DNA of 63,822 bases, counting the filler, from Psammoneis japonica (taxonomy: Eukaryota): assembly GCA_008632985.1 (NCBI GenBank). It is 4 parts of 4 records of this genome, joined end to end, with 100 filler letters (N's around TTAATTAATTAA, not from the genome) between each part and the next. Parts side by side here need not be neighbours in the genome. Positions count along the whole stretch, not along the records: positions 40,270 to 60,185 come from QPGO01000456.1; 3 more parts are not named here. One strand, given 5' to 3'. Positions 46,669 to 60,285 of this stretch are shown one piece after another. The position numbers and the translations under genes are program-made. The notes beneath the pieces are model-generated. The model did no database searches, was not told the origin of the DNA, and saw nothing but the letters and a program-made list of their open reading frames with translations. How positions within the stretch are numbered: position 1 is the stretch's first letter; each line of letters begins with the position of its first letter.

Positions 46669-49600
46669 CATGTTTGTTTTCCTTGAAACGACATGTTTGT
46701 TTTCACTGAAAAGACATGTTTGATTTCCTTGAAACGACATGTTTGTTTTCCTTGAAACCACATGTTTGTTTTCCTTGAAAAGACACGTTTGTTTTCCTTC
46801 AAACAACATGTTTGTTTTCCTTGAAATGGCGTGTTTGTTTTCCTTGAAAACACACAATTGTTTTCCTTGAAACAACATGATTGTTTTCCTTGAAATGGCA
46901 TGTTTGTTTTCTTTGAAACGACGTGTTTGTTTTCCTTGAAACGACATGTTTGTTTTCCTTGAAAAGACATGTTTGTTTTCTTTGAAACCACATGTTTGTT
47001 TTCCTTGAAACCACATGTTTGTTTTCCTTAAAATGACACGTTTGTTTTCCTTGAAACGACATGTTTGTTTTCATTTGTTTTCCTTGAATTGACATTTTTT
47101 TTGAAATGACACATTTGTCTTTCTTAAAACAACATGAGTTTGCCTTGAATTCTGCGCAAGAACGCACTGACGGAAGCAAACCAACATGATTCCATGTGCA
47201 GGAGAACAGCATCTGCACCCCACAAGAAGCTCACGCCTGTCCCCAAGTTCAGTTGGATCCACGAGACTGCAATGTGCAGCAATTTGTGGGGTTGATCCTC
47301 TCCCAGATGAAAGTGTGTGACACCTCTGGAATGCTTGAGCAGCACCCGCAATTGAGCAACTCCTCATTTGGTGTCTGGCAGTCAAAACCTGCCACCGCCA
47401 ATCCAGCACCACCGGCAAAGAAGAGAAAGAAAAATGAGACTGTTGAGCCACAAGAAGATGACGGTGATGCTTTGTCTGTGCAGGCGTTGTCGCCAAGGAA
47501 GAGGGAAAGGGAAAAAAAAAGAAACTCAAGGCGACAGTCAAGAGGAAAAAGCAAGGCAGGAAAAAGTCAAGCCGTGACAAGAACGAAAAGAAAGACGTCC
47601 CGATTGTGCCGACATGGGATCTGCTTGGCCCAGACACTGTCGCTGGCAGCAAACGAAGGAACAAGCAGGCACGCAAGTGGTTCTGTGATCACACCCCTGT
47701 TTGCAAAAATTGACAAACCAAGGATTGCACGGCAATGCAATCATGGATTGGCACATGGCAACAAGGTGGAGGCAGAAATGGCAATGTGGGCACAGTGAAA
47801 AATGGCGCACATGATTCTCAACAAGTTGTCGCGACATTGGCACAGCAAACTTGCAGCCAGAGGTTGGCCTGTCATTGTGCGACAACAATTTTTTGCAACA
47901 TTTTGACAAATTGCCATCATGCAAATCCACACATTTTTAACGTTTCGTGCACTCTGATGCCTGTGTTGTGCACAGCATCATCGCACAGCATTTGTCCAAC
48001 TCTCCCTCTCATCGCAGGATGGGTTGTCACCATGTGGTGCATCTGCACAGCGGACTTGCGAATTTGACCATGCACTCCCTCTGTCAGGCAGGATGGGTTG
48101 GTGCCATGTTTGTTTTCCTTGAAAAGACATGCTTGTTTCCTTAAAATGACACGCTTGTTTTCCCTGAAACGACATGTCTGTTTTCCTTGAAACCACATGT
48201 TTGTTTTCCTTGAAAACACATGTTTGTTTTCCTTGAAACGACATGTTTGTTTTCCTTGAAAAGACATGTTTGTGTTCAAGACATGCCTGTTTTCCTTGAA
48301 ACGACATGTTTGTTTTCACTGAAAAGACACGCTTGTTTTCCCTGAAAAGACATGTTTGTTTTCTTTGAAACGAAATGTTTGTTTTCCTTGAAAAGACATG
48401 TTTGTTTTCTTTGAAACCACATGTTTGTTTTCCTTGAAACGACATGTTTGTTTTCATTGAAAAGACATGTTTGATTTCCTTGAAAAGACATGTTTGTTTT
48501 CCTTGAAACCACATGTTTGTTTTCCTTAAAATGACACATTTGTTTTCCTTAAAACGACATGTTTGTTTTCATTAAAAAGACATGTTTGTTTCTTTGAAAC
48601 AAAATGTTTGTTTTCTTTGAAACGAAATGTTTGTTTTCCTTGAAAAGACATGTTTGTTTTCATTGAAACGACATGTTTGTTTTCATTGAAAAGACATGTT
48701 TGATTTCCTTGAAACGACATGTTTGTTTTCCTTGAAATGACGTGTTTATTTTCCTTGAAAAGACATGTTTGTTTTCATTGAAAAGACATGTTTGATTTCC
48801 TTGAAATGACATGTTTGTTTTCCTTGAAACCACGTGTTTGTTTTCCTTGAAAACACACATTTGTTTTCCTTGAAACAACATGTTTGTTTTCCTTGAAACC
48901 ACATGTTTGTTTTCCTTGAAATGACGCGTTTGTTTTCCTTGAAACAACATGTTTGTTTTCCTTGAAAAGACATGTTTGTTTTTCTTGAAATGACACGTTT
49001 GTTTTCTCTGAAAAGACATGTTTGTTTTCCTTGAAACAACATGTTTGTTTTCCTTGAAAAGACATGTTTGTTTTCCTCAAAAGACATGTTTGTTTTCCTT
49101 GAAATGACACGTTTGTTTTCCTTGAAACCACACGTTTGTTTTTCTTGAAATGACACCTTGGTTTTCTCTGAAAAGATGTGTTTGTTTTCCTTGAAACGAC
49201 ACGTTTGTTTTCCTTGAAAAGATGTGTTTGTTTTCTTTGAAACAACGTGTTTGTCTTTAAACGACATGTTTGTTTTCCCTGAAACGACACGTTTGTTTTC
49301 CTTGAAAAGACACGTTTGTTTTCCTTGAAAAGACATGTTTGTTTTCTTTGAAACGACACATTGTTTTTCTTGAAACGACATGTTTGTTTTCTCTGAAACC
49401 ACGTGTTTGTTTTCCCTGAAACAACACATTTGTTTTCCTTGAAAAGACATGTTTGTTTTCCTTGAAACGACACGTTTGTTTTCCTTGAAACGACACGTTT
49501 GTTTTCCTTGAAAAGACACGTTTGTTTTCCTTGAAAAGACATGTTTGTTTTCTTTGAAAAGACATGCTTGTTTTCCATGAAACGACGTGTTTGCTTTCCT

Positions 49601-49783
49601 GGAAACCACATGTTTATTTTCCTTGAAACACACATTTGTTTTCCTTGAAACAACACGTTTGTTTTCCTTGAAAAGACATGTTTGTTTTCCTTGAAACCAT
49701 GTGTTTGTTTTCCTTGAAACCGCGCGTTTGTTTCCTTGAAATGGCACGTTTGTTTTCCTTGAAAAGACATGTTTGTTTTCTTT
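46669..49783 (-). repeat. 23-bp satellite arrays 46669-47135 and 48105-49783
   Basis: Same unit; separated by a ~1-kb non-satellite block. Confidence 0.95.
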
Positions 49784-49785
49784 GA

Positions 49786-51392
49786 CTTCAAATCCTTGAG
49801 AGGAACCCATGATGCAGTCCCATCCTTCTGTTCGACTCGCAGGTCCCAGCCTGCAGTCGTCCTCCCAGGAGCGCGCCTGCCAGTCTTGGTCGTTGTGCAC
49901 CCGTCATTGGCCGTTGCAGCACGGTGCAATGTGCAGCTGCCAATGAGAGTTGATGCATCACGGCAACGTGCTGCAATTTGAATGTCACAAAGGTCGTGAC
50001 AAAAACAACCTTTTGTCTGCACGCATGCTGCATCATGAATTTTTGGCGGAGTGGCTCATCGCAACCATTGGGCAGGAGGCCAGGGGTTCGAAACCCTGAG
50101 CGGGAGTTGTCCGCAGCAACGTTGATCACTGTCGAACGCGCAAAACTCTGTGCAGTTCTGTGTGTTCCTTCGCACGCACCCACACTGTTCCACCAAAACT
50201 GTGCAGTGTCAGTGCACGTCAGCCAAGTGCCGCATGGACGCGCGACACATGGGGAGGAGTGCAGTGCGCAGCTGCTGACAAGAGCCAATGCATCACGGCG
50301 ACGTGCTGCAATTTAAATGCCACAAAGGTTGTGACAAAAACAACCTTTTGTCTGCATGCACACTGCAACGGGCATTGCGTCAGTGGCCAACTGTTTCCTT
50401 CATGATCTGGCGGGCATTCCCTTCAGAGTCGATCTGAGTGAATGGGTTGTCTGCAATTGTGTCAGCAGCATGGGAGTCGGTGGATCCGTCAGGGAATTCC
50501 ACGTCGCATGTCCTCAAGTTGTTTCCAGTGCCAACAGGAACCCCGTCACCATCTCACTTGTGTGCAATGACCCCAGCATGAGTCAGCTTGCCTCCTCGTG
50601 GTGACATGACTTGAGCTGCGAGACATTCATCCAGCCCTTCCAGGGTGTGCTCATCAGCTTCCGGTTTGGAAGCATCGGGTTCCACAGGTTCAACGGCATC
50701 ATCCCATTCATCCATGAAGTCGTCAGGGAGTTCAGGGAAGTCAGCGCTGGCATCCTTTTCCGGGATGCTGAGCCGTTTGATCAAAGCTTGGTCGACCGAT
50801 GCAAGATCCGTCTGGATCACCGGAGTTTTAAGGTCATCCTCTGGCATGGCCCACACATCCTTCCGAATGATGGGTTTGCCTGATTCGGGCAAAACAATGA
50901 ATGCCATTTCGTCAATGCAGTTGTCAGCTGTGCCAAGCCAACGGCCAACGCACTTTTTTTCGTGTGGGAACTCCGCCACAGGCACGCAGCAATGCACAGG
51001 TTGACGCCAATCAAAGAGAGAGAGGGAAGAGATGTCGGGTGTTGAACCTGTCACCTCTTCTGGGACTCGTCCTCCCATGTCTGACACACTGGCTGCAATC
51101 ATGCGTCGGATGTCACATGTCCATTTGGCGCTGTGGGACCAAAGTCGTCTGTGAGCGCCAGTCCGGCGCAGAGTCACACGGACTCTTTTCTTCAACTCAC
51201 AAATGGATGCCTCGGCCAGGTTCTGCCAGGGGCTGCATGGGGTGGACACCTCCTGGTGCATCCTGCATTCCCTGCAGATCTCCTTGGTCTGGCCTTCCAC
51301 CATTTCTGGCACGCCATCCGACACAAGGACATGCGGTGCGCCAACGTCATGCACAAATGACATGACGGCATCTGGGTGGTCCTGTTTCCTCT
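49786..51392 (-). pseudogene. Copia pol fragment (integrase C-terminal half and downstream region), interrupted by the TRIM; partial duplicates at 53316-53671 (-) and 56424-57085 (+)
   Basis: Near-identical to 45150-45545, continuing FPHEKKCVGRWLG...FPDGSTD..A.TIADN..QIDSEG...RTTAGWDLRVEQKDGTASWVPLKDLK. Confidence 0.88.
49925..50367 (+). mobile_element. TRIM-like element, copy 3, inserted in Copia pol
   Basis: TSD ACGG (49921-49924, 50368-50371); same LTR-core-PPT-LTR structure; removal restores the Copia frame RNAR|AATANDG. Confidence 0.9.
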
Positions 51393-54300
51393 TCCAAGGA
51401 AAAAAACATGTTGTTTCAAGGAAAACAAACGCGTCATTTTAAGGAAAACAAACATGTGGTTTCAAGGAAAACAAACATGTGGTTTCAAGAAAAACAAACA
51501 TGTCGTTTCAAGGAAAACAAACATGTCGTTTCAAGGAAATCAAACATGTCTTTTCAATGAAAACAAACATGTTGTTTCAAGGAAAACAATCATGTTGTTT
51601 CAAGGAAATCAAACATGTCTTTTCAGTTGAAACAAACATGTCGTTTCAAGGAAAACAAACATGTGGTTTCAAAGAAAACAAACATGTCTTTTCAAGGAAA
51701 ACAAACGTGTCTTTTCAAGGAAAACAAACATGTCGTTTCAAGGAAAACAAACGCGTCATTTCAAAGAAAACAAACATGTGGTTTCAAGGAAAACAAACAT
51801 GTTGTTTCAAGGAAAACAAATGTGTGTTTTCAAGGAAAACAAACACGTGGTTTCAAGGAAAACAAACATGTCATTTCAAGGAAATCAAACATGTCTTTTC
51901 AAGGAAAACAAACACGTCGTTTCAAGGAAAACAAACATGTCATTTCAAGGAAATCAAACATGTCTTTTCAATGAAAACAAACATGTCGTTTCAATGAAAA
52001 CAAACATGTCGTTTCAAAGAAAACAAACATGTCTTTTCAAGGAAAACAAACATTTCGTTTCAAAGAAAACAAACATGTCTTTTTAATGAAAACAAACATG
52101 TCGTTTCAAGGAAAACAAATGTGTCATTTTAAGGAAAACAAACATGTGGTTTCAAGGAAAACAAACATGTCGTTTCAAGGAAAACAAACACGCCATTTCA
52201 GAGAAAACAAATGTGTTGTTTCAAGGAAAAGAAATGTGTCTTTTCAAGGAAAACAAACATGTCGTTTCAAGGAAAACAAACATGTTGTTTCAAGGAAAAC
52301 AAGTGTGTCTTTTCAAGGAAAACAAACATGTTGTTTCAAGGAAAACAAACATGTCGTTTCAAGGAAATCAAACATGTCTTTTCAATGAAAACAAACATGT
52401 CGTTTCAAGGAAAATAAACACGTCGTTTCAAAGAAAACAAACATGCCAAGGAAAACAAACATGCCATTTCAAGGAAAACAAACATGTTGTTTCAAGGAAA
52501 ACAAATGTGTCTTTTCAAGGAAAACAAACATGTTGTTTCAAGGAAAACAAACATGTCGTTTCAAGGAAATCAAACATGTCTTTTCAATGAAAACAAACAT
52601 GTCATTTCAAGGAAAATAAAGACGTCGTTTCAAAGAAAACAAACATGCCATTTCAAGGAAAACAATCATGTTGTTTCAAGGAAAACAAATGTGTGTTTTC
52701 AAGGAAAACAAACGTGTGGTTTCCAGGAAAGCAAACATGTTGTTTCATGGAAAACAAGCATGTCTTTTCAAAGAAAACAAACATGTCTTTTCAAGGAAAA
52801 CAAACGTGTCTTTTCAAGGAAAACAAACATGTCGTTTCAAGGAAAACAAACGTGTCGTTTCAAGGAAAACAAACATGTCTTTTCAAGGAAAACAAATGTG
52901 TTGTTTCAGGGAAAACAAACACGTGGTTTCAGAGAAAACAAACATGTCTTTTCAAGGAAAACAAACATGTCGTTTCAAGAAAAACAAACGTGTCATTTCA
53001 AAGAAAACAAACATGTCTTTTCAAGGAAAACAAACGTGTCTTTTCAAGGAAAACAAACGTGTCGTTTCAGGGAAAACAAACATGTTGTTTAAAGACAAAC
53101 ACGTTGTTTCAAAGAAAACAAACACATCTTTTCAAGGAAAACAAACGTGTCGTTTCAAGGAAAACAAACACATCTTTTCAGAGAAAACCAAGGTGTCATT
53201 TCAAGAAAAACAAACGTGTGGTTTCAAGGAAAACAAACGTGTCATTTCAAGGAAAACAAACATGTCTTTTTGAGGAAAACAAACATGTCTTTTCAAGGAA
53301 AACAAACATGTCGTTGTGTTGAACCTGTCACCTCTTCTGGGACTCGTCCTCCCATGTCTGACACACTGGCTGCAATCATGCGTCTGATGTCACATGTCCA
53401 TTTGGCGCCATGGGACCAAAGTCGTCTGTGAGCGCCAGTCCGGCGCAGAGTCACACGGACTCTTTTCTTCAACTCACAAATGGATGCCTCGGCCAGGTTC
53501 TGCCAGGGGCTGCATGGGGTGGACACCTCCTGGTGCATCCTGCATTCCCTGCAGATCTCCTTGGTCTGGCCTTCCACCATTTCTGGCGCGCCATCCGACA
53601 CAAGGACCTGCGGTGCGCCAACGTCATGCACAAATGACATGACGGCATCTGGGTGGTCCTGTTTCCTCTTCCAAGGAAAAAAACATGTTGTTTCAAGGAA
53701 AACAAACGCGTCATTTTAAGGAAAACAAACATGTGGTTTCAAGGAAAACAAACATGTGGTTTCAAGAAAAACAAACATGTCGTTTCAAGGAAAACAAACA
53801 TGTCGTTTCAAGGAAATCAAACATGTCTTTTCAATGAAAACAAACATGTTGTTTCAAGGAAAACAATCATGTTGTTTCAAGGAAATCAAACATGTCTTTT
53901 CAGTTGAAACAAACATGTCGTTTCAAGGAAAACAAACATGTGGTTTCAAAGAAAACAAACCTGTCTTTTCAAGGAAAACAAGCGTGTCTTTTCAAGGAAA
54001 ACAAACATGTTGTTTCAAGGAAAACAAACGTGTCATTTCAAGGAAAACAAACATGTGGTTTCAAGGAAAACAAACATGTTGTTTCAAGGAAAACAAATGT
54101 GTGTTTTCAAGGAAAACAAACACATGGTTTCAAGGAAAACAAACATGTCATTTCAAGGAAATCAAACATGTCTTTTCAATGAAAACAAACATGTCTTTTC
54201 AAGGAAAATAAACACGTCATTTCAAGGAAAACAAACATGTCGTTTCAAGGAAATCAAACATGTCTTTTCAATGAAAACAAACATGTCGTTTCAATGAAAA

Positions 54301-57300
54301 CAAACATGTCTTTTCAAGGAAAACAAACATTTCGTTTCAAAGAAAACAAACATTTTGTTTCAAAGAAAACAAACATGTCTTTTTAATGAAAACAAACATG
54401 TCGTTTTAAGGAAAACAAATGTGTCATTTTAAGGAAAACAAACATGTGGTTCAAGGAAAACAAACATGTCGTTTCAAGGAAATCAAACATGTCTTTTCAA
54501 TGAAAACAAACATGTCGTTTCAAGGAAAACAAACATGTGGTTTCAAAGAAAACAAACATGTCTTTTCAAGGAAAACAAACATTTCGTTTCAAAGAAAACA
54601 AACATGTCTTTTCAGGGAAAACAAGCGTGTCTTTTCAGTGAAAACAAACATGTCGTTTCAAGGAAAACAGGCATGTCTTGAACACAAACATGTCTTTTCA
54701 AGGAAAACAAACATGTCGTTTCAAGGAAAACAAACATGTGTTTTCAAGGAAAACAAACATGTGGTTTCAAGGAAAACAGACATGTCGTTTCAGGGAAAAC
54801 AAGCGTGTCATTTTAAGGAAAACAAGCATGTCTTTTCAAGGAAAACAAACATGGCACCAACCCATCCTGCCTGACAGAGGGAGTGCATGGTCAAATTCGC
54901 AAGTCCGCTGTGCAGATGCACCACATGGTGACAACCCATCCTGCGATGAGAGGGAGAGTTGGACAAATGCTGTGCGATGATGCTGTGCACAACACAGGCA
55001 TCAGAGTGCACGAAACGTTAAAAATGTGTGGATTTGCATGATGGCAATTTGTCAAAATGTTGCAAAAAATTGTTGTCGCACAATGACAGGCCAACCTCTG
55101 GCTGCAAGTTTGCTGTGCCAATGTCGCGACAACTTGTTGAGAATCATGTGCGCCATTTTTCACTGTGCCCACATTGCCATTTCTGCCTCCACCTTGTTGC
55201 CATGTGCCAATCCATGATTGCATTGCCGTGCAATCCTTGGTTTGTCAATTTTTGCAAACAGGGGTGTGATCACAGAACCACTTGCGTGCCTGCTTGTTCC
55301 TTCGTTTGCTGCCAGCGACAGTGTCTGGGCCAAGCAGATCCCATGTCGGCACAATCGGGACGTCTTTCTTTTCGTTCTTGTCACGGCTTGACTTTTTCCT
55401 GCCTTGCTTTTTCCTCTTGACTGTCGCCTTGAGTTTCTTTTTTTTTCCCTTTCCCTCTTCCTTGGCAACAACGCCTGCACAGACAAAGCATCACCGTCAT
55501 CTTCTTGTGGCTCAACAGTCTCATTTTTCTTTCTCTTCTTTGCCGGTGGTGCTGGATTGGCGGTGGCAGGTTTTGACTGCCAGACACCAAATGAGGAGTT
55601 GCTCAATTGCGGGTGCTGCTCAAGCATTCCAGAGGTGTCACACACTTTCATCTGGGAGAGGATCAACCCCACAAATTGCTGCACATTGCAGTCTCGTGGA
55701 TCCAACTGAACTTGGGGACAGGCATGAGCTTCTTGTGGGGTGCAGATGCTGTTCTCCTGCACATGGAATCATGTTGGTTTGCTTCCGTCAGTGCGTTCTT
55801 GCGCAGAATTCAAGGCAAACTCATGTTGTTTTAAGAAAGACAAACGTGTCATTTCAAAAAAAATGTCAATTCAAGGAAAACAAATGAAAACAAACATGTT
55901 GTTTCAAGGAAAACAAATGTGTCTTTTCAAGGAAAACAAACATGTTGTTTCAAGGAAAACAAACATGTCGTTTCAAGGAAATCAAACATGTCTTTTCAAT
56001 GAAAACAAACATGTCATTTCAAGGAAAACAAAGACGTCGTTTCAAAGAAAACAAACATGCCATTTCAAGGAAAACAATCATGTTGTTTCAAGGAAAACAA
56101 ATGTGTGTTTTCAAGGAAAACAAACATGTCGTTTCAAGGAAAACAAACGCGCCATTTCAAGGAAAACAAACATGTTGTTTCAAGGAAAACAAATGTGTCT
56201 TTTCAAGGAAAACAAACATGTGGTTTCAAGGAAAACAAACATGTTGTTTCAAGGAAATCAAACATGTCTTTTCGGTGAAAACAAACATGTTGTTTCAAGG
56301 AAAACAAACATGGCAGAGGTGCTGGTGGGAACTTTGGGAAGAGCACAGCAAGTTGGTTCATGGGCACGATGTTGATTCTTGGAAATTGTCTCAACAGAGG
56401 AAGGCGGAAGCCAAGCTGACGGCCCCATTCACTCAGATCGACTCTGAAGGGAATGCCCGCCAGATCATGAAGGAAACAGTTGGCCACTGACGCAATGCCC
56501 GTTGCAGTGTGCATGCAGACAAAAGGTTGTTTTTGTCACAACCTTTGTGGCATTTAAATTGCAGCACGTCGCCGTGATGCATTGGCTCTTGTCAGCAGCT
56601 GCGCACTGCACTCATCCCCATGTGTCGCGCGTCCATGCGGCACTTGGCTGACGTGCACTGACACTGCACAGTTTTGGTGGAACAGTGTGGGTGCGTGCGA
56701 AGGAACACACAGAACTGCACAGAGTTTTGCACGTTCGACAGTGATCAACGTTGCTGCGGACAACTCCCGCTCAGGGTTTCGAACCCCTGGCCTCCTGCCC
56801 AATGGTTGCGATGAGCCACTCCGCCAAAAATTCATGATGCAGCATGCGTGCAGACAAAAGGTTGTTTTTGTCACGACCTTTGTGACATTCAAATTGCAGC
56901 ACGTTGCCGTGATGCATCAACTCTCATTGGCAGCTGCACATTGCACCGTGCTGCAACGGCCAATGACGGGTGCACAACGACCAAGACTGGCAGGCGCGCT
57001 CCTGGGAGGACGACTGCAGGCTGGGACCTGCGAGTCGAACAGAAGGATGGGACTGCATCATGGGTTCCTCTCAAGGATTTGAAGTCAAAGAAAACAAACA
57101 TGTCTTTTCAAGGAAAACAAACGTGCCATTTCAAGGAAAACAAACGCGCGGTTTCAAGGAAAACAAACACATGGTTTCAAGGAAAACAAACATGTCTTTT
57201 CAAGGAAAACAAACGTGTTGTTTCAAGGAAAACAAATGTGTGTTTTCAAGGAAAATAAACATGTGGTTTCCAGGAAAGCAAACACGTCGTTTCATGGAAA

Positions 57301-60185
57301 ACAAGCATGTCTTTTCAAAGAAAACAAACATGTCTTTTCAAGGAAAACAAACGTGTCTTTTCAAGGAAAACAAACGTGTCGTTTCAAGGAAAACAAACGT
57401 GTCGTTTCAAGGAAAACAAACATGTCTTTTCAAGGAAAACAAATGTGTTGTTTCAGGGAAAACAAACACGTGGTTTCAGAGAAAACAAACATGTCGTTTC
57501 AAGAAAAACAAATGTGTCGTTTCAAAGAAAACAAACATGTCTTTTCAAGGAAAACAAACGTGTCTTTTCAAGGAAAACAAACGTGTCGTTTCAGGGAAAA
57601 CAAACATGTCGTTTAAAGACAAACACGTTGTTTCAAAGAAAACAAACACATCTTTTCAAGGAAAACAAACGTGTCGTTTCAAGGAAAACAAACACATCTT
57701 TTCAGAGAAAACCAAGGTGTCATTTCAAGAAAAACAAACGTGTGGTTTCAAGGAAAACAAACGTGTCATTTCAAGGAAAACAAACATGTCTTTTTGAGGA
57801 AAACAAACATGTCTTTTCAAGGAAAACAAACATGTTGTTTCAAGGAAAACAAACATGTCTTTTCAGAGAAAACAAACGTGTCATTTCAAGAAAAACAAAC
57901 ATGTCTTTTCAAGGAAAACAAACATGTTGTTTCAAGGAAAACAAACGCGTCATTTCAAGGAAAACAAACATGTGGTTTCAAGGAAAACAAACATGTTGTT
58001 TCAAGGAAAACAAATGTGTGTTTTCAAGGAAAACAAACACGTGGTTTCAAGGAAAACAAACATGTCATTTCAAGGAAATCAAACATGTCTTTTCAATGAA
58101 AACAAACATGTCTTTTCAAGGAAAATAAACACGTCATTTCAAGGAAAACAAACATGTCGTTTCAAGGAAATCAAACATGTCTTTTCAATGAAAACAAACA
58201 TGTCGTTTCAATGAAAACAAACATGTCTTTTCAAGGAAAACAAACATTTCGTTTCAAAGAAAACAAACATTTTGTTTCAAAGAAAACAAACATGTCTTTT
58301 TAATGAAAACAAACATGTCGTTTTAAGGAAAACAAATGTGTCATTTTAAGGAAAACAAACATGTGGTTTCAAGGAAAACAAACATGTCTTTTCAAGGAAA
58401 TCAAACATGTCTTTTCAATGAAAACAAACATGTCGTTTCAAGGAAAACAAACATGTGGTTTCAAAGAAAACAAACATGTCTTTTCAAGGAAAACAAACAT
58501 TTCGTTTCAAAGAAAACAAACATGTCTTTTCAGGGAAAACAAGCGTGTCTTTTCAGTGAAAACAAACATGTCGTTTCAAGGAAAACAGGCATGTCTTGAA
58601 CACAAACATGTCTTTTCAAGGAAAACAAACATGTCGTTTCAAGGAAAACAAACATGTGTTTTCAAGGAAAACAAACATGTGGTTTCAAGGAAAACAGACA
58701 TGTCGTTTCAGGGAAAACAAGCGTGTCATTTTAAGGAAAACAAGCATGTCTTTTCAAGGAAAACAAACATGGCACCAACCCATCCTGCCTGACAGAGGGA
58801 GTGCATGGTCAAATTCGCAAGTCCGCTGTGCAGATGCACCACATGGTGACAACCCATCCTGCGATGAGAGGGAGAGTTGGACAAATGCTGTGCGATGATG
58901 CTGTGCACAACACAGGCATCAGAGTGCACGAAACGTTAAAAATGTGTGGATTTGCATGATGGCAATTTGTCAAAATGTTGCAAAAATTGTTGTCGCACAA
59001 TGACAGGCCAACCTCTGGCTGCAAGTTTGCTGTGCCAATGTCACGACAACTTGTTGAGAATCATGTGCGCCATTTTTCACTGTGCCCACATTGCCATTTC
59101 TGCCTCCACCTTGTTGCCATGTGCCAATCCATGATTGCATTGCCGTGCAATCCTTGGTTTGTCAATTTTTGCAAACAGGGGTGTGATCACAGAACCACTT
59201 GCGTGCCTGCTTGTTCCTTCGTTTGCTGCCAGCGACAGTGTCTGGGCCAAGCAGATCCCATGTCGGCACAATCGGGACGTCTTTCTTTTCGTTCTTGTCA
59301 CGGCTTGACTTTTTCCTGCCTTGCTTTTTCCTCTTGACTGTCGCCTTGAGTTTCTTTTTTTTTCCTTTCCCTCTTCCTTGGCGACAACGCCTGCACAGAC
59401 AAAGCATCACCGTCATCTTCTTGTGGCTCAACAGTCTCATTTTTCTTTCTCTTCTTTGCCGGTGGTGCTGGATTGGCGGTGGCAGGTTTTGACTGCCAGA
59501 CACCAAATGAGGAGTTGCTCAATTGCGGGTGCTGCTCAAGCATTCCAGAGGTGTCACACACTTTCATCTGGGAGAGGATCAACCCCACAAATTGCTGCAC
59601 ATTGCAGTCTCGTGGATCCAACTGAACTTGGGGACAGGCGTGAGCTTCTTGTGGGGTGCAGATGCTGTTCTCCTGCACATGGAATCATGTTGGTTTGGCT
59701 TCCGTCAGTGCGTTCTTGCGCAGAATTCAAGGCAAACTCATGTTGTTTTAAGAAAGACAAACGTGTCATTTCAAAAAAATGTCAATTCAAGGAAAACAAA
59801 TGAAAACAAACATGTTGTTTCAAGGAAAACAAATGTGTCTTTTCAAGGAAAACAAACATGTTGTTTCAAGGAAAACAAACATGTCGTTTCAAGGAAATCA
59901 AACATGTCTTTTCAATGAAAACAAACATGTCATTTCAAGGAAAACAAAGACGTCGTTTCAAAGAAAACAAAACATGCCATTTCAAGGAAAACAATCATGT
60001 TGTTTCAAGGAAAACAAATGTGTTTTTCAAGGAAAACAAACATGTTGTTTCAAGGAAAACAAACGCGCCATTTCAAGGAAAACAAACATGTTGTTTCAAG
60101 GAAAACAAATGTGTCTTTTCAAGGAAAACAAACATGTGGTTTCAAGGAAAACAAACATGTTGTTTCAAGGAATTCAAACATGTCT
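51393..60185 (+). repeat. 23-bp satellite arrays 51393-53312, 53672-54852, 55822-56311, 57084-58771, 59740-60185
   Basis: Same unit, interleaved with duplicated transposon fragments. Confidence 0.95.
56503..56945 (-). mobile_element. TRIM-like element, copy 4 (inverted duplicate of copy 3)
   Basis: TSD CCGT; flanks identical to copy 3. Confidence 0.88.
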
Positions 60186-60285
60186 NNNNNNNNNNNNNNN
60201 NNNNNNNNNNNNNNNNNNNNNNNNNNNNNTTAATTAATTAANNNNNNNNNNNNNNNNNNNNNNNNNNNNNNNNNNNNNNNNNNNN
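60186..60285. other. Artificial contig linker
   Basis: Identical 100-nt linker. Confidence 0.98.

Larger units (their letters stand above)
46558..60185. repeat. ~3.9-kb unit (46558-50446) present again as two tandem inverted copies (~53900-56423 partial, 56424-60185)
   Basis: Mirror ORF pairs 47196-47798(+)/55160-55762(-) and 49788-50288(-)/56582-57082(+); direct offsets of 3918 (54678/58596) and 2277 (51192/53469). Confidence 0.9.

Noticed and set aside
41209..60185. 23-bp repeats as a CRISPR array or FKENKH-repeat proteins
   Set aside because: Head-to-tail monomers with no unique spacers and no cas genes; the ORFs are just satellite translations in all frames.
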